Source: Eledone cirrhosa
Lineage: Eukaryota
Assembly: GCA_964016885.1 (NCBI GenBank)
Contig: OZ024750.1
Coordinates: 29,946,001 to 30,010,000, forward strand
Length of the DNA stretch: 64,000 bases
Direction of reading: 5' to 3'
The notes under the pieces were generated by a model, which saw only the letters and a program-made list of their open reading frames with translations, did not search any database and was not told where the DNA came from. A program made the position numbers and the translations under genes. Each line of letters opens with the position of its first letter. Positions within the stretch are counted from its first letter, which is position 1. Below, piece after piece: positions 41,655 to 57,779 of the stretch.

Positions 41655-42947
41655 TGCGTAGATGCGTGTGGGCACTTTAGGTTTGGAGGGGGGGGGTGCT
41701 CGTACACAAAAAAATAGAATACACATGCCCCCCCCCCCCTCCCAACTTTACATATTAAAGTTAGCTTGGCGCAAGTAATTTGAATTGAAAAGTTATAGAT
41801 ACACGTATTAAATAAAATAATTCTAATCATCCTAAAATTAAAAATGTCCAGCTGTGTGCAGAAATAAATTGCTACGGCCGTCGCTGGTAGGGGCCCCAAC
41901 TGCAGCAGGCCTGGGGCAATTGTCCCCTTTGACCTCCATTAAATCCTATAATTTAATTACAATATCATATTTCTTGAGTTGATTCTACTTCTGATCTTTA
42001 AAATAAATACATCAGCAGTTATATAGTTGATTGGCAGAGTCGTTAGAGCGTCGGTTAAAATGTTTTGCGCTTTTCGCTCTCCCTCTCTGTGCTCTGAGTT
42101 CAAATCCTGCCAAGAAGCATGGCTAAAGGCTCTCTCAAACCTGGAGTCTCATCAGGTCAGTGATTATACCAGTTTCCGTGGTGTGAAATGATTGAGAAGA
42201 CAGGACGCCAGTCTATCGCAGGGTCGAAGTCTACCTCGTGAAACGACTGAAAATACCTACTTTCACGAGTAGGCTGCTCTGTTGATCGAACAACTGGAAC
42301 ACTCGTCGTCGAAATCGACGGAGGTCCATTCTTTCTTGTTACTGTGTTACCAAGCTAGAACAGGAAGATGTAGTTCTTGTTACCAAGCTAGAACAGGAAG
42401 ATGTAGTTTAGAGAAACATAACCAAACACGAAAGATTTGCCCGAGAAATTCTTTTGAAGTTGTTTCCTCGTGATAATGTTTTAATGTAACTTGTTTCGTG
42501 GATTGGTTTATTGGTGGATTGGCGGAATGTTGGTCGATATGAGACGATGGGATGATTTTGGTGGTGTTGTGGGGTCTTGGTAGAGTTGGGTTGGCAATGT
42601 TAATGGATTTGGGTGGGGAAGTGGTGTTGGTGGATTTGGGGGAGGAATTGTTCATAGGTTTAAGGAGGTTATATTGATGGATTTGAAGGGGTGGTATTGG
42701 TAGATTTAGAGGTGGGTGTTGTTGAAGAGAGTTCGTTCAATTATGGTAAAATATTGGTATTTATTGTTTTTGCATTTCAACTTCGAGTGCCGCCAAATTC
42801 CCCCGGGGGGAGAGGGGTGGCTTACCTTACGTGGTACTTTTTGCCTTACTGCATTGAAAAAAAAAAAAAAGTCCGAAATGGTACAAACTCCAGCTACACC
42901 ACATTTTCTTGAGTTATTTTAACGCTGGATATAGTAGGAAAATAGTT

Positions 42948-42983
42948 TTTTAACGTTTCGGACGTGAGTCCTTCATCGGAAGA
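42948..42983 (-). ncRNA. Ultra-minimal hammerhead-like motif, family D (CCGATGA core)
   Basis: - strand: tctt-CCGATGA-a-ggac tcac gtcc-GAAA-cg-TT-aaaa. Confidence 0.55.
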
Positions 42984-43386
42984 GAAGAATGAGAAGTAAA
43001 ATAAATAAATTGAGAGACGAGAAACAAAATCCACACACGCACACACACACACGCACACGCACACGCACACGCGCACGCGCGCTCTCTCTCCCTCTCTCTT
43101 TCTCCCTCTCTATCTCTCCCCCTCTCTATCTCTCCCCCCTCTCTATTTCTCTCTCCCTCCCTCTCTCCCTCCCCCCTCTCTCTGGGAGGGCCATGCGCCA
43201 ATAAAACATTTATTATAAACCCAGCTAGTTAGTTTATTTTTCTATTTTCAACGCTCTTTCGTCACACATTCTGTGAGCATTTCAGTGACTCATTTGTTAT
43301 TTTATGTATCTCTTGTTCTGTTGCTCTGGCCTACATGATCTTCTTTATTGGCAACATCACCAACGCTGGATATAGTAGGAAAATAG

Positions 43387-43422
43387 TCTTAACGTTTCAG
43401 ACGTGAGTCCTTCATCGGAAGA
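43387..43422 (-). ncRNA. Second family D hammerhead-like motif, direct repeat of the first
   Basis: - strand: tctt-CCGATGA-a-ggac tcac gtct-GAAA-cg-TT-aaga. Confidence 0.6.
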
Positions 43423-43465
43423 GAACAATGAGAGGTAAAATAAATAAATTGATAGACGAGAAACC

Positions 43466-43507
<42 letters not shown>

Positions 43508-43639
43508 AACAAAAGATGGTTAAAAGAGTTCCATGTATTTTGTTCTTATATATTATGTATACTCCAGTCCTACAAACTGTAGAGTGCTTCTTATCCGATA
43601 TCTGCATTGCTTTATTGTACTACAATAAAACTCACCTCC

Positions 43640-43685
<46 letters not shown>

Positions 43686-43732
43686 AAGAACGAAGAGTAA
43701 CATGGTTGGCTGTACAACAAGGGGCTTTATTT

Positions 43733-43849
43733 CAGGTATTAACAATTGTTTCATTGATCAGGTGAGTCTAGAGGCCGCTAATCACTCGAAGTTGCGTCAC
43801 TCGATCTCCATTACATTATTTACCTCTGATCAAATCCTCAGAATACTTG
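43733..43849 (-). ncRNA. Type I hammerhead motif with a long stem II insert
   Basis: - strand: caagtatt-CTGAGGA-t-ttgatcag(~65 nt)ctgatcaa-t-GAAA-caattg-TT-aatacctg. Confidence 0.75.
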
Positions 43850-43887
43850 TTTAACATTAGGCATACACTAACTTATTTTACGATATC

Positions 43888-43933
<46 letters not shown>

Positions 43934-44029
43934 GTTAGGTTGACAAACAAGTTTCACTTTGGGTTGATGTAATTGTAATATCCTGAAATGATCAAATGTC
44001 AGTTTATTGAAGAGAGAGAGATGTATACA

Positions 44030-45351
44030 GACACACACACACACACATACAGATCCACGCTGCCATACCAACTCATACACATCAAAACACACACACGCAC
44101 ACAAACCCACATACACAAATACCCCCCAAACACACACACAAACACACACACACAAACACACACACGCACACAAACCCACATACACATATACCCCCCAAAC
44201 ACACACCCAAACACACACATACAAACACACACACATACAAACACACACACACATAAACACGCACGCATAAACACGCACGCATAAACACGCACGCATAAAC
44301 ACGCACGCACAAACACGCACGCACAAACACGCACGCACAAACAAGCACGCACAAACACGCACACATAAACACGCACACATAAACACGCACACATAAACAC
44401 GCACACATAAACACGCACACATAAACACGCACACATAAACACGCACACATAAACACGCACACATAAACACGCACACATAAACACGCACACACAAACACGC
44501 ACACACAAACACGCACACACAAACACACAAACACACACACACTCACACACACACAACACACTCACACACACTCACATACACATATACCCCCCAAACACAC
44601 ACCCAAACACACACATACAAACACACACACATACAAACACACACACACATAAACACGCACGCATAAACACGCACGCATAAACACGCACGCATAAACACGC
44701 ACGCACAAACACGCACGCACAAACACGCACGCACAAACACGCACGCACAAACACGCACGCACAAACAAGCACGCATAAACACGCACACATAAACACGCAC
44801 ACATAAACACGCACACATAAACACGCACACATAAACACGCACACATAAACACGCACACATAAACACGCACACATAAACACGCACACATAAACACGCACAC
44901 ATAAACACGCACACATAAACACGCACACACAAACACGCACACACAAACACGCACACACAAACACGCACACACAAACACGCACACACAAACACGCACACAC
45001 ACACACGCAAACACACACACACTCACAAACACACACACACACACTCACACACACACAACACACTCACACACACTCACACACACACACACACACTCACACA
45101 CACTCACACACACTCACAAACACTCACACACTCACAAACACACTCACAAACACACTCACAAACACTCACAAACACACTCACAAACACACTCACAAACACT
45201 CACAAACACACTCACAAACACACTCACACACACACTCACACACACACTCACACACACACTCACACACACACTCACACACACACTCACACACACACTCACA
45301 CACACACTCACACACACACTCACACACTCACACTCACACTCACACTCACAC

Positions 45352-45425
<74 letters not shown>
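44030..45425. repeat. (CA)-rich compound microsatellite with 14-bp units and a duplicated block
   Basis: aaacacgcacacat arrays occur twice, each after cacatacacatataccccccaaac. Confidence 0.95.
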
Positions 45426-45426
<1 letters not shown>

Positions 45427-48194
45427 GTTAAAATGTCTTTGCCTGTGTAATTCTCAAGTCTGTAATGGCAACCTTTTATCTCTCCAGCTAACATTAAACT
45501 AAACAGATTGAGATTTATTCTTTCCAAAGTAGACTTGTATCCAATAACTTCACTATAAAAAGATAGCCCCTCTCTCTCTCTCGCTCGACGCCCTTCTACT
45601 ACAAATAACTTATATTACGACGCTATTACACCACTTAACAAACCAGGCAATAAGAGGTTAAAAAAGCACACTATTTCCCATACAATGTCTAAATATGACC
45701 TTTTTAATTCAGTTTTCTGTCTCTGTCTATAAAACCGCCGCCATTTTTTTCTTGGATTATTTTTTCATTATTCTGTTCGATGGTTTATCATACTATGAAG
45801 CAACTTTGGGTCTATCAGTCATCCTAACACCTGAATTAGCCAAGCAAACAGTAGGTTTTATACATTTTTAAAAACAGATTTTCTTTGCTTCTCCTATATT
45901 TTACTTACTTATGATAACATTCTTTAGTTAAAAACTAAATTTCAAACAATATAGTTTTTTGTTTTTCTATAAAACACACAATAAGGCGGCGAATTGGCAG
46001 TCTTTAGAACGTCAGATAGAATGCTTTGCAGTACTCGTTCTGGCTTTTTGCTGAGCTCAACTTTGCCTTTCATCCTTCCGAGGTCGGTAAAAAATGTACC
46101 AGTCAAGTACTGGGATTTCATTCTTGCTCTATATTCCTTTCTCACTTCCATTCTTTCACTTTCTATCATCTCTGGAAGAAATCTTCTGTGTTCAAACCTG
46201 GAGTGGTGATGGGGTCTGTCAGGTTTAAAATGCCCAAGAAACGCCGTATGCCAATATGCTGCCCTTGCGACTACCTCAGGAGTTACAGGTCCATACATAC
46301 ATCCTTAAAATTAAATTTGGTAGAGCCATATTTGTTCTGGGTTTCTGCTCTCTTTGAGTTCAGATTAAACCGAGGTCAACTTGGCCCAATCCAGTCCAGT
46401 AATGGGATTAACTCTCACTCTCGCTCTTTTTCCTCGCCCTCTCTTCCTCATCCTCTCTTCCTCATCGTCCCCCCCCCCGTCTCCCCCCGTCTCTCTCTCT
46501 CCCTCCCTCGGAAAAAGGGTTAATTCTCAGAAAAAATATCTTGCCAAAGGTTCCGATAATAGTTGCCTTATTTCATCAATATTATTTTCATATCGTCACA
46601 TTCTCCTCTCATTATATTTTCCTTTCATTTAATTATCTATAATGTTATACACCTAAAAGGAAACAGTCCCCAATTTCCGATAATATATACACATTTTATT
46701 CAATCCACTCTATTGTCTGTTATATACATAAAAGGAAACATACCGCCAATTTCTGTAAATATTTTCATAATTCATAGACACATATTTCAATTAAGGTTTT
46801 CTATTATTACATCCAAACTGGCTTAAAAACGTGATATTTCTGTTTATTCATTTATGTTTTAATCTTTCTGCAATCAGTTGGGTGGCCTGTCTTGGTGAGA
46901 TGTCATATTATATCGAGGTTTCCGTCGTACCTGTATAATATCGAGGTTTCCGTCGTACCTATATAATATCAAGGTTTCCGTGATGTCATATATCAAGGTT
47001 TCCGTGGTGCCATCACTCTATTTTTTTCTAGCTCGGCCTCTGACCATGACCAAATACCTTTGTGTTATACACACGATGGAGCTGGCTGGCTGGTTGACAT
47101 ACTCGTCACGTGTCCGAGCCATCTTAAATTTTGTTGTTGTATAGGACGATCTTTTTCCGGATTCTATCTAGTCTGGTCTTCTTGGTAGCTCTTCGCTGAT
47201 CGTAAACTCTCGCCAGACGTGTCTACAGTGGGGGATGGGAGGAGGAGGGTCATTGGATAGCACTGACCCACGCCTACTTTTCAATAGTCTATCCTCACAC
47301 ATTTAGAAAACATTTTATAAAATATGTCTTGAAATACATTCCTTGAAGTCTTGGTTTTACCAACTTTTCATCTCAAAACAAAGAACAAAAAACAAAAATA
47401 AAATCATAAAAGTAAACAAAAAATTTTAACCAAAGAAACTAGTCAAAAATTCCCTAAGGAATTAGAGTACTAAGCAGGAATATGCTGAAGGACCCATCCC
47501 CAACACCACTAGGGAGGTGCTCATGTCTTTGACACAGCTGAAGAGCCCTCATGGTCCTTTGTTTGGCAAGTTTTCTATGGCAGGATACCTTTCCTACTAA
47601 CAACCACTTTACAGTTTGTACTGGGTGCATTTACCATTTAGTTCACCAACACCAGGGAGGTTATGTCTATGGCATAACTGAAGCCCCCCCCCCCTTTTTC
47701 TTTGGGAAGCTTTCAACGGTTGGATGCCCTATCCTATCGTCAATCACTTTACAGTGTGTACGGGGTTCGTTTATCATTTAGATCATCGAGAGTACACCGT
47801 CTACTGATACTCATTTAAAGCTAAGTGAACTGGAGCAACGTAAAATGAAGTGCTTTTCTCAAGAACATAATACATCATCTTGTCTGGGAATCAAACCAAC
47901 GACCCGTTTTAAGGAAAATACAACTTTAGCTAATGAGAAAATATTTTACCATTCTTTTTAAAAACCATTTCCAACATGCGTTCAGTGAAACAACTGTAGT
48001 TATATCTCCTGTATTTGCTAAATTACAAATATTAGTTATCGTTGTCTTTTTCTCGCCACATAATTATTTTTTATTATACTTTTGGTGCTCACGCCACCAT
48101 TAAAATTGTTTAAATTATAAAATATTGAATTCTACCGATTATTATAATATACATTGATTTTTTCTTTACATTTTAGGTAAACAATTTGTTGAAC

Positions 48195-48225
48195 ATGCCG
48201 GCTGCTAGTGTTGAAACCGGCTTCT
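48195..48225 (+). CDS. MAGUK p55-subfamily (MPP2/MPP6/varicose-like) gene, first recognised coding exon (exon begins at 48177)
   Basis: Polypyrimidine tract + AG at 48175-48176, ATG at 48195, MPAASVETGF+T, donor GTAAGT at 48226. Phase 1 matches the next exon (T+TG = Leu). Resembles the MPP2 N-terminus (MPVAATNSETAMQQVL). Confidence 0.75.
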
Positions 48226-49210
48226 GTAAGTATTGATCCTGTTTCTATAATTAAATTCTTTTCAACAGATTTTTCTCAAAACAATTATTTTATTTGAATC
48301 TCATTACGTGATGTTACCTGGACATGTAATCAATGGTGTCACCTGGACACTTGATCAATGATTTTACCTGGATAGATGATCAGTGATTCACCTGGACTAT
48401 AAAATCAATGTTACCTGAGATTGCTGGACGTTTCACCTCTTTTAACATCAAACATTCTCTCACAGATGGTCTCGCAAAGGTTGGACCAGCTCTAGGTTGT
48501 GTCCAGGTAGACGCTACACCAGGTAACCACTACCCCAGGTAGACGACACTACAGCAGGTATAGTGGCTTCATGTGGTACAGAACGTAAAGAGTTTATCAA
48601 TAATGACCCCCTTCCTCTCTCTCCCCTATATCTACCCCTCTCCCCTATATCTACCCCCTCTCCCTATATCTACCCCCTCTCCCTCCATCTACCCCTCCCT
48701 TCCCTCCTTCTCCTCCCTCTCCCTCTCCTCCTCCCTCTCCCTCTCCTCCTTCCACTCTCCCTCTCATCCCTCTCCTCCTTCCACTCTCCCTCTCATCCTT
48801 CCCCTCCCACTTCCCCTCCCACCCCTCCCACTTCCCCCGCCTTCCCCCCTCTCATCCTCCCCCCTCTCATCCCTTCCCCATCTCCTCCTTCCCCCTTCCC
48901 CTCTCCCCTTCCCCCTTCCCATTCCCCCTTCCCCTCTCCTCCTTCCCTTCTCCTCCTTCCCCCTTCTCCTCCTCCCCTCTCCCCCTTTGTATCCTCCCCC
49001 TCTTTTATTATCCTTTTTTCTCCTCCACCTACTAGAACTGTGACATATTTCTCCGTCCACTAACTGCCGTTTCCATCCCTTCCTTATTATTATCCTCCAT
49101 GATTAGCAACTGTCACGCAAGCCATGTAAAGTTACAATGACGACAACATATCTTCAAAAGCTTATAATACTTCATCATAACATCAGCCATTCCCGTCTCA
49201 ACAAGTTTCT

Positions 49211-49255
<45 letters not shown>

Positions 49256-49316
49256 CACACACACACAGTGGACCAAAAGTCACAATACCTTGGGAAAATA
49301 ATTACATCTCTCTCTT

Positions 49317-49356
<40 letters not shown>

Positions 49357-49681
49357 AAGTTTATCCCTGGTTCAATCGGGGTTAATCACAGTAAGTACGG
49401 TACTCAATACATAGCAGAGTATAAATATTTAATATAGAAATGGCTTCCACAGGACTAGAACTGTTTCATTCGGGTGCAATCATCAGGGCTTCCTGATGAT
49501 TTCTCCCGAACGAAACAGTTCTAGTCCTGTAGAAGCCATTTCTCTCCCTCTATAATGTATTTCTGGATCGATGTTGAAGGGACTGTTTTCTTGATTGTGT
49601 ATCTAGTTAGTAACTTGGTCTATCCATGAGACACCCTGTCTCTCTTTCCTACCATATAGTACTCTCACTATCTAGTTAGTA

Positions 49682-50142
49682 CTCTGGTCTCTCCACGAGA
49701 CACCCTCAGCCTCTCTGGTCTCTCCACGAGACACCCTCAGCCTCTCTGGTCTCCCCACGAGACACCCTCAGCCTCTCTGGTCTCTCCACGAGACATCCTC
49801 AGCCTCTCTGGTCTCTCCACGAGACATCCTCAGCCTCTCTGGTCTCTCCACGAGACACCCTCAGCCTCTCTGGTCTCCCCACGAGACATCCTCAGCCTCT
49901 CTGGTCTCCCCACGAGACATCCTCAGCCTCTCTGGTCTCCCCACGAGACATCCTCAGCCTCTCTGGTCTCCCCACGAGACATCCTCAGCCTCTCTGGTCT
50001 CCCCACGAGACATCCTCAGCCTCTCTGGTCTCTCCACGAGACACCCTCAGCCTCTCTGGTCTCTCCACGAGACACCCTCAGCCTCTCTGGTCTCTCCACG
50101 AGACACCCTCAGCCTCTCTGGTCTCTCCACGAGACACCCTCG
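49682..50142. repeat. 31-bp minisatellite, ~15 copies, intronic
   Basis: Unit ctctggtctctccacgagacaccctcagcct, with an internal gtctc/gagac hairpin. Confidence 0.95.
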
Positions 50143-50990
50143 ACATCCTAACTCTCTTCCCTAACATTATATAGTACTTTCACTATTTACATGTAGGAGT
50201 GAACTTTCCTATGAGTAATTCATTTTACATGTCAAATAATCAATACTAACAGCAACACTGACGTCATCTCTCTATTCCTCTCCCCCTCTCATTATTTTAT
50301 CCACTTCTTTCAAACTCCTATTATTTTATCCACTTCTTACAAACTCTTATTATATTCTCTATAGAAACAATTATATTCTCTATAGTTTCAGTCTCTTGCG
50401 CTTGTTTGTTTGTTTATTACAGCATTGTAAGTAAATTTCAGAAAATATTTTCCACCTCGTACGAAAACAATTATATGTAGATAAAAGAGAGAGAGGGAGA
50501 GAGAAAGAAACCGTTGAAAACTAAACAATTATTTTGTTAAGTAAATTGTAAGAATATACATCCTAATAAACCTACAACAAGCACACAAATCTGTTTAGTT
50601 CGTTGGTAACCACCCACATAAAGCAGGGTATATCCACCCATGTATTTAGGCATTTTGCCATTATCTGGAGTTTCTTCTCCTCACTGCAAGCTTTTTAGAT
50701 TTCACAGAGCTGGAAGGAAAGAAAAGTTTGTTAAGCAGTTCTTATTATATTACTAAGACGCGACATTCCTACATTTTTCTGTACCTGGTTCGTATATTTT
50801 CTTCCAAATGTAAATTTTCTCATTCCATTATTTTTAATTGTGAAACACTCTCATAGTAATAATGTTTGTTTACAATTTTACCTGGCCGTTAGTATTGCTT
50901 ATTGACAGCTGTTAGCAAACGATGATGATTGTTACAAGCCAAGAGAGAGAGATTACCTGTAGCCATGAGAGACATTTACCTGTATAAGTG

Positions 50991-51029
<39 letters not shown>

Positions 51030-51056
51030 GTGTTTCTCCTAATATATATATATATA

Positions 51057-51560
51057 TACCGTGTTTCTCCTAATATAAGACAGGTCTTATATATATGTAA
51101 AATATTTTATTTAAGGAATATATCATATAAATACAGTTTAATATAAAAAGAAAAAAAAAAGAAAATTTAGATTGAGAAATATTATTTTTCCCTTAAATAT
51201 AAGGAACCAAAGTTTATTTTCGGGGTGGGACTTTTATTTTTACACAAAAAATAACTGTCCAAGAGTTTTGATAAAAATATTATTATACTGATGTAAACAA
51301 AATAAATATAAAAAGCCGTATCTTAATTTATTAAAATAAATTATATATATTATTGAGTTAAAAACAATATCATTAAAATAATGTATTAGTAATGAACAAA
51401 ACTCTGGAAGTCTGTTTTATATTATTTTTTACATTAATTTTCATCGCAAAAATGCGCCAGGGCTTGTTTTCGGGATGATACGGCTTATTATATTGGATGG
51501 AAATATGAAAATCCTGCTATGGCTTATTATGGAGTAGGTCTTATAATAGAGGAAACAGTA
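51057..51560. mobile_element. Tc1/mariner-superfamily MITE
   Basis: TIRs ta-ccgtgtttctcctaatataagac / gtcttataatagaggaaacag-ta, internal ttattttcggg sub-repeats; left TIR partly duplicated at 51026. Confidence 0.7.
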
Positions 51561-51659
51561 TCTTATATATACACCTGTAGCTGTAAAAGAAATCTATTTG
51601 TATAAGTGGAATAGATATATATATAGAGAGAGAGAAAGAGACACATACATACGTACGTA

Positions 51660-51700
<41 letters not shown>

Positions 51701-52106
51701 GCACACGCACGAAACATTAAAAGGCTCTCTTCCTGCTATTACAAGCGTTAAACTAATATATTTCTTCCATGTACTATGCTGTTTGTTTTGTTACTTTTGT
51801 ATTTTTGCTATTTTTGTTTACCTTATATTTATATATTCGCTTTTTACGCGAACTCGCTTTAACGCGTCTTGAAGAAATATTATTAAATATTCACTTTGCA
51901 CAAATAACGCGCTATAACGCGTGTGGTTCTTAATTTTTTTTATTTAGCCGAAAATTAAACTTGAATTACGCGAATTTGCTTTACACGCCACGTACTCATC
52001 TTCGCGTAAAAGGCGAACACACACACGCACTATGTATGTACATATATATATATATATGTATATATACGATATTAATAAATGGAAACTATATTTATAAAAC
52101 CATATT

Positions 52107-52171
52107 TATTTCATTATACATATTTCAGGGATACCACATTAAATTATGGTATGCCTTCATCAGACAAAATA
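52107..52171 (-). ncRNA. Family C hammerhead motif, antisense to the MPP intron, ~85 bp upstream of an exon
   Basis: - strand: tattttgt-CTGATGA-aggcatacca..tggtatccct-GAAA-tatgta-TA-atgaaata. Confidence 0.8.
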
Positions 52172-52256
52172 CAATATATATGCATATATATATATATATA
52201 TATATACGCACACGTCGTCTCAAATTTTTCATTACATTCCTTCCTTTGATTTATAG

Positions 52257-52378
52257 TGGCCTTTAAACAAGTTCTTAACAACTTGGATGGTTTAGAAGAT
52301 TCAGCAGATGCTAATGAAAATGATTTAAACTTTTTGAAAAATTTTATGCTCGATGAGAAAGTGAAGAATTTAGTATTG
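52257..52378 (+). CDS. MPP2/MPP6-like exon, first L27 domain
   Basis: ttatag|...|gtaagt; encodes (L)AFKQVLNNLDGLEDSADANENDLNFLKNFMLDEKVKNLVL, which aligns by eye with MPP6 MQQVLENL...DLIFLKGIMENPIVKSLAK. Confidence 0.9.
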
Positions 52379-52473
52379 GTAAGTTTTATCTTTTTCTCTC
52401 TATTTTTCTTTTCGCCCAGATAAACGAAATAGATATGCTTCTTACCCAACCCATTCTCTTTTTTAACAAATAT

Positions 52474-53074
52474 GTAACCCTTTTTATACTAAACCACCTG
52501 AAACCACCTCTGGTTCTATGATACAAAACTGTTAAAGCAGTTATTTTTTTATCTAAAAACCTTGCACCATAATTTTATGTAAGAACCTTTGTTTTATGTT
52601 CCAAACAGCAACTTAATCGTGTTGTTACTAAACCACCCGAAACCACACCCAGTTTATAATACAAAGCTGTTAAAACATTTATCTAAATACTTTCCATCAT
52701 AATTTTATGCCAGAGCCTTGGTTAAGTTATGTTCCAAACAACTTAATCGTTTCGATACCAAACCACTTAAAATCTCCCCTGGTTTTTAATAGAAAACTTT
52801 TTCATTTTAAAGTGTTTATATTTATATATGAACCTTTATCTTCCAACCACACTTGATTCACTTATGCAAAACTTTTTGTTTTAAAGTGTTTATATTTATC
52901 CAAACACCTTCCATCATAATTCTTTGTCAGCACATTTAAGTTATGTTCCAAACAACAACTTAATAAAGAAAAAGTTACCGATGTTGGTAAATCCTTCAAA
53001 ATTCTTGATTGTTTTCAAAATTATTTGAAAATAATCAGCAGTCTTTAATTAGAAATATGTAAGGAAAGGGTTAA
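52474..53074. mobile_element. TTAA-ended (piggyBac-like) non-autonomous element; inverted interrupted relative at 61317-62017
   Basis: Ends taaccc... / ...aaagggTTAA; shared ttatgttccaaaca and ttttcaaaatta segments. Confidence 0.6.
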
Positions 53075-54170
53075 AGACAGGCAGTGTCTTTAATTAGAAA
53101 TATGTAAGGAAAGGGTTAAAGACATGGGTAGTGTCTTTAATTAGAAATATGGTAAGGAAAGGGTTAAAGACATGGGTAGTGTCTTTAATCAGAAATATGG
53201 TAAGGAAAGGGTTAAAGACATGGGTAGTGTCTTTAATTAGAAATATGGTAAGGAAAGGGTTAAAGACATGGGTAGTGTCTTTAATCAGAAATATTATAAG
53301 GAAAGGGTTAAAGACATGGGTAGTGTCTTTAATCAGAAATATTATAAGGAAAGGGTTAAAGACATGGATAGTGTCTTTAATTAGAAATATGGTAAGGAAA
53401 GGGTTAAAAACATGGGTAGTGTCTTTAATCAGAAATATGGTAAGGAAAGGGTTAAAGACATGGGTAGTGTCTTTAATTAGAAATATGGTAAGGAAAGGGT
53501 TAAAAACATAGGCAGTGTCTTTAATTAGAAATATGGTAAGGAAAGGGTTAAAGACATAGGTAGTGTCTTTAATTAGAAATATTATAAGGAAAGGGTTAAA
53601 GACATGGATAGTGTCTTTAATTAGAAATATGGTAAGGAAAGGGTTAAAAACATGGGTAGTGTCTTTAATCAGAAATATGGTAAGGAAAGGGTTAAAGACA
53701 TGGGTAGTGTCTTTAATTAGAAATATGGTAAGGAAAGGGTTAAAAACATAGGCAGTGTCTTTAATTAGAAATATGGTAAGGAAAGGGTTAAAGACATAGG
53801 TAGTGTCTTTAATTAGAAATATTATAAGGAAAGGGTTAAAGACATGGATAGTGTCTTTAATTAGAAATATGGTAAGGAAAGGGTTAAAAACATGGGTAGT
53901 GTCTTTAATCAGAAATATGGTAAGGAAAGGGTTAAAGACATGGGTAGTGTCTTTAATTAGAAATATGGTAAGGAAAGGGTTAAAAACATAGGCAGTGTCT
54001 TTAATTAGAAATATGGTAAGGAAAGGGTTAAAGACATAGGTAGTGTCTTTAATTAGAAATATGATAATGAAAGGGTTAAAGATATGGGTAGTGTCTTTAA
54101 TCAGAAATATGGTAATGAAAGGGTTAAAGACATAGGTAGTGTCTTTAATTAGAAATATGGTAAGGAAAGG
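53036..54170. repeat. 48-bp minisatellite, ~23 copies, with a 240-bp higher-order repeat
   Basis: Unit gtgtctttaattagaaatatggtaaggaaagggttaaagacatgggta; blocks starting at 53341, 53581 and 53821 are identical. Confidence 0.97.
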
Positions 54171-54321
54171 AATTTCAAACTGAGGGTGAGGGAAACTTGT
54201 GGCAAGTATTCCTCCTTTTAACAATTGATAGGGTTGTTGTAATCTACATGTTACCATTTACTGTTTCAGATATTTATGATAATATCCACATACTTCACTA
54301 TGTGTGTACATATCTATGTGC

Positions 54322-54355
<34 letters not shown>

Positions 54356-54947
54356 GAAAAGTATAGAAATTATTATGAGCAAGAAGCACACAGTATTTCA
54401 TACACACACACACATATATATATATATAAATCTGTGTGCATATATATGTATATATATATATATATGTGTGTGTGTGCATATATGTCTGTGTGTGTGTGTG
54501 CATATATGTGTGTGTGTGGGTGCATATGTGTGTGTGTATATATATGTATGTGTATGTATGTGTATATATATATATGTGTATATATGTATATGTGTGTGTA
54601 TGTATGTGTATATATATATATGTGTATATATGTATATATATATATGTGTGTGTATGTATGTATGTGTATATATACATATCTACACATATATAATCTCTTA
54701 TATAAACATGTAAACTGCCCACATTTTTCACTGGACAAATATTTTTGTTGCTTTAACTAATTATATTATTATTACAACAAAGTATAGGGTGGCAGATTGA
54801 CAGTAATCGGTAGAGCGTCGGATAACATGCTTCATGGCATAGAGTTATGGCCCTTTATGTTTATTATTGGGTTTGATAAAATATAGTACCAGGGATCAAT
54901 TTAATCACCTTTCCCTCCCCACCCAAATTGTTGGCCTTAATCAAAAA

Positions 54948-57290
<2,343 letters not shown>

Positions 57291-57779
57291 TACACTTGCA
57301 TATGTACTGCTAGTGTCCTCGTTTTATGAGTAACTTTCTACCTTAATGCCTCATTAATTATTATACAATTCTCTTGAAATCTCTGTCATCCATTCCACTC
57401 TATAAATACGAAACTGTTGACAACATTAATATCCAGGTATCTATATGATTATTCAGTTGAATAGGAAGTTAATTATATGTCCAAACTTTGCTAGTGCTCT
57501 GATGATTCCAAACGAAAGTTTGGAAGAAACGATTGTCAGCAATGTCAGATTTGAACATAGCTTTGATTATTGTGTAATTTATATAAAAGAATGTATACAG
57601 AATTATAATTATGATATATATAAAAGAATGTATACAAAACTGTAATTATAATAATATATTGAAGAATATATACAGAATCATAATCTTAACTATAATAAAG
57701 AAAGGAGCGTGGGACAGCGTCCAGAATATATTTTTTTATTTTGTTTGTAAAATAAGTTGGATTACTTTGAATAAATAAT

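Noticed and set aside
49440-49545. CTGATGA...GAAA core in both arms of the family E fold-back
   Set aside because: The 5' strand of stem I is lost at the fold-back junction and stem II is only about 3 bp; cannot be called a ribozyme from these copies.
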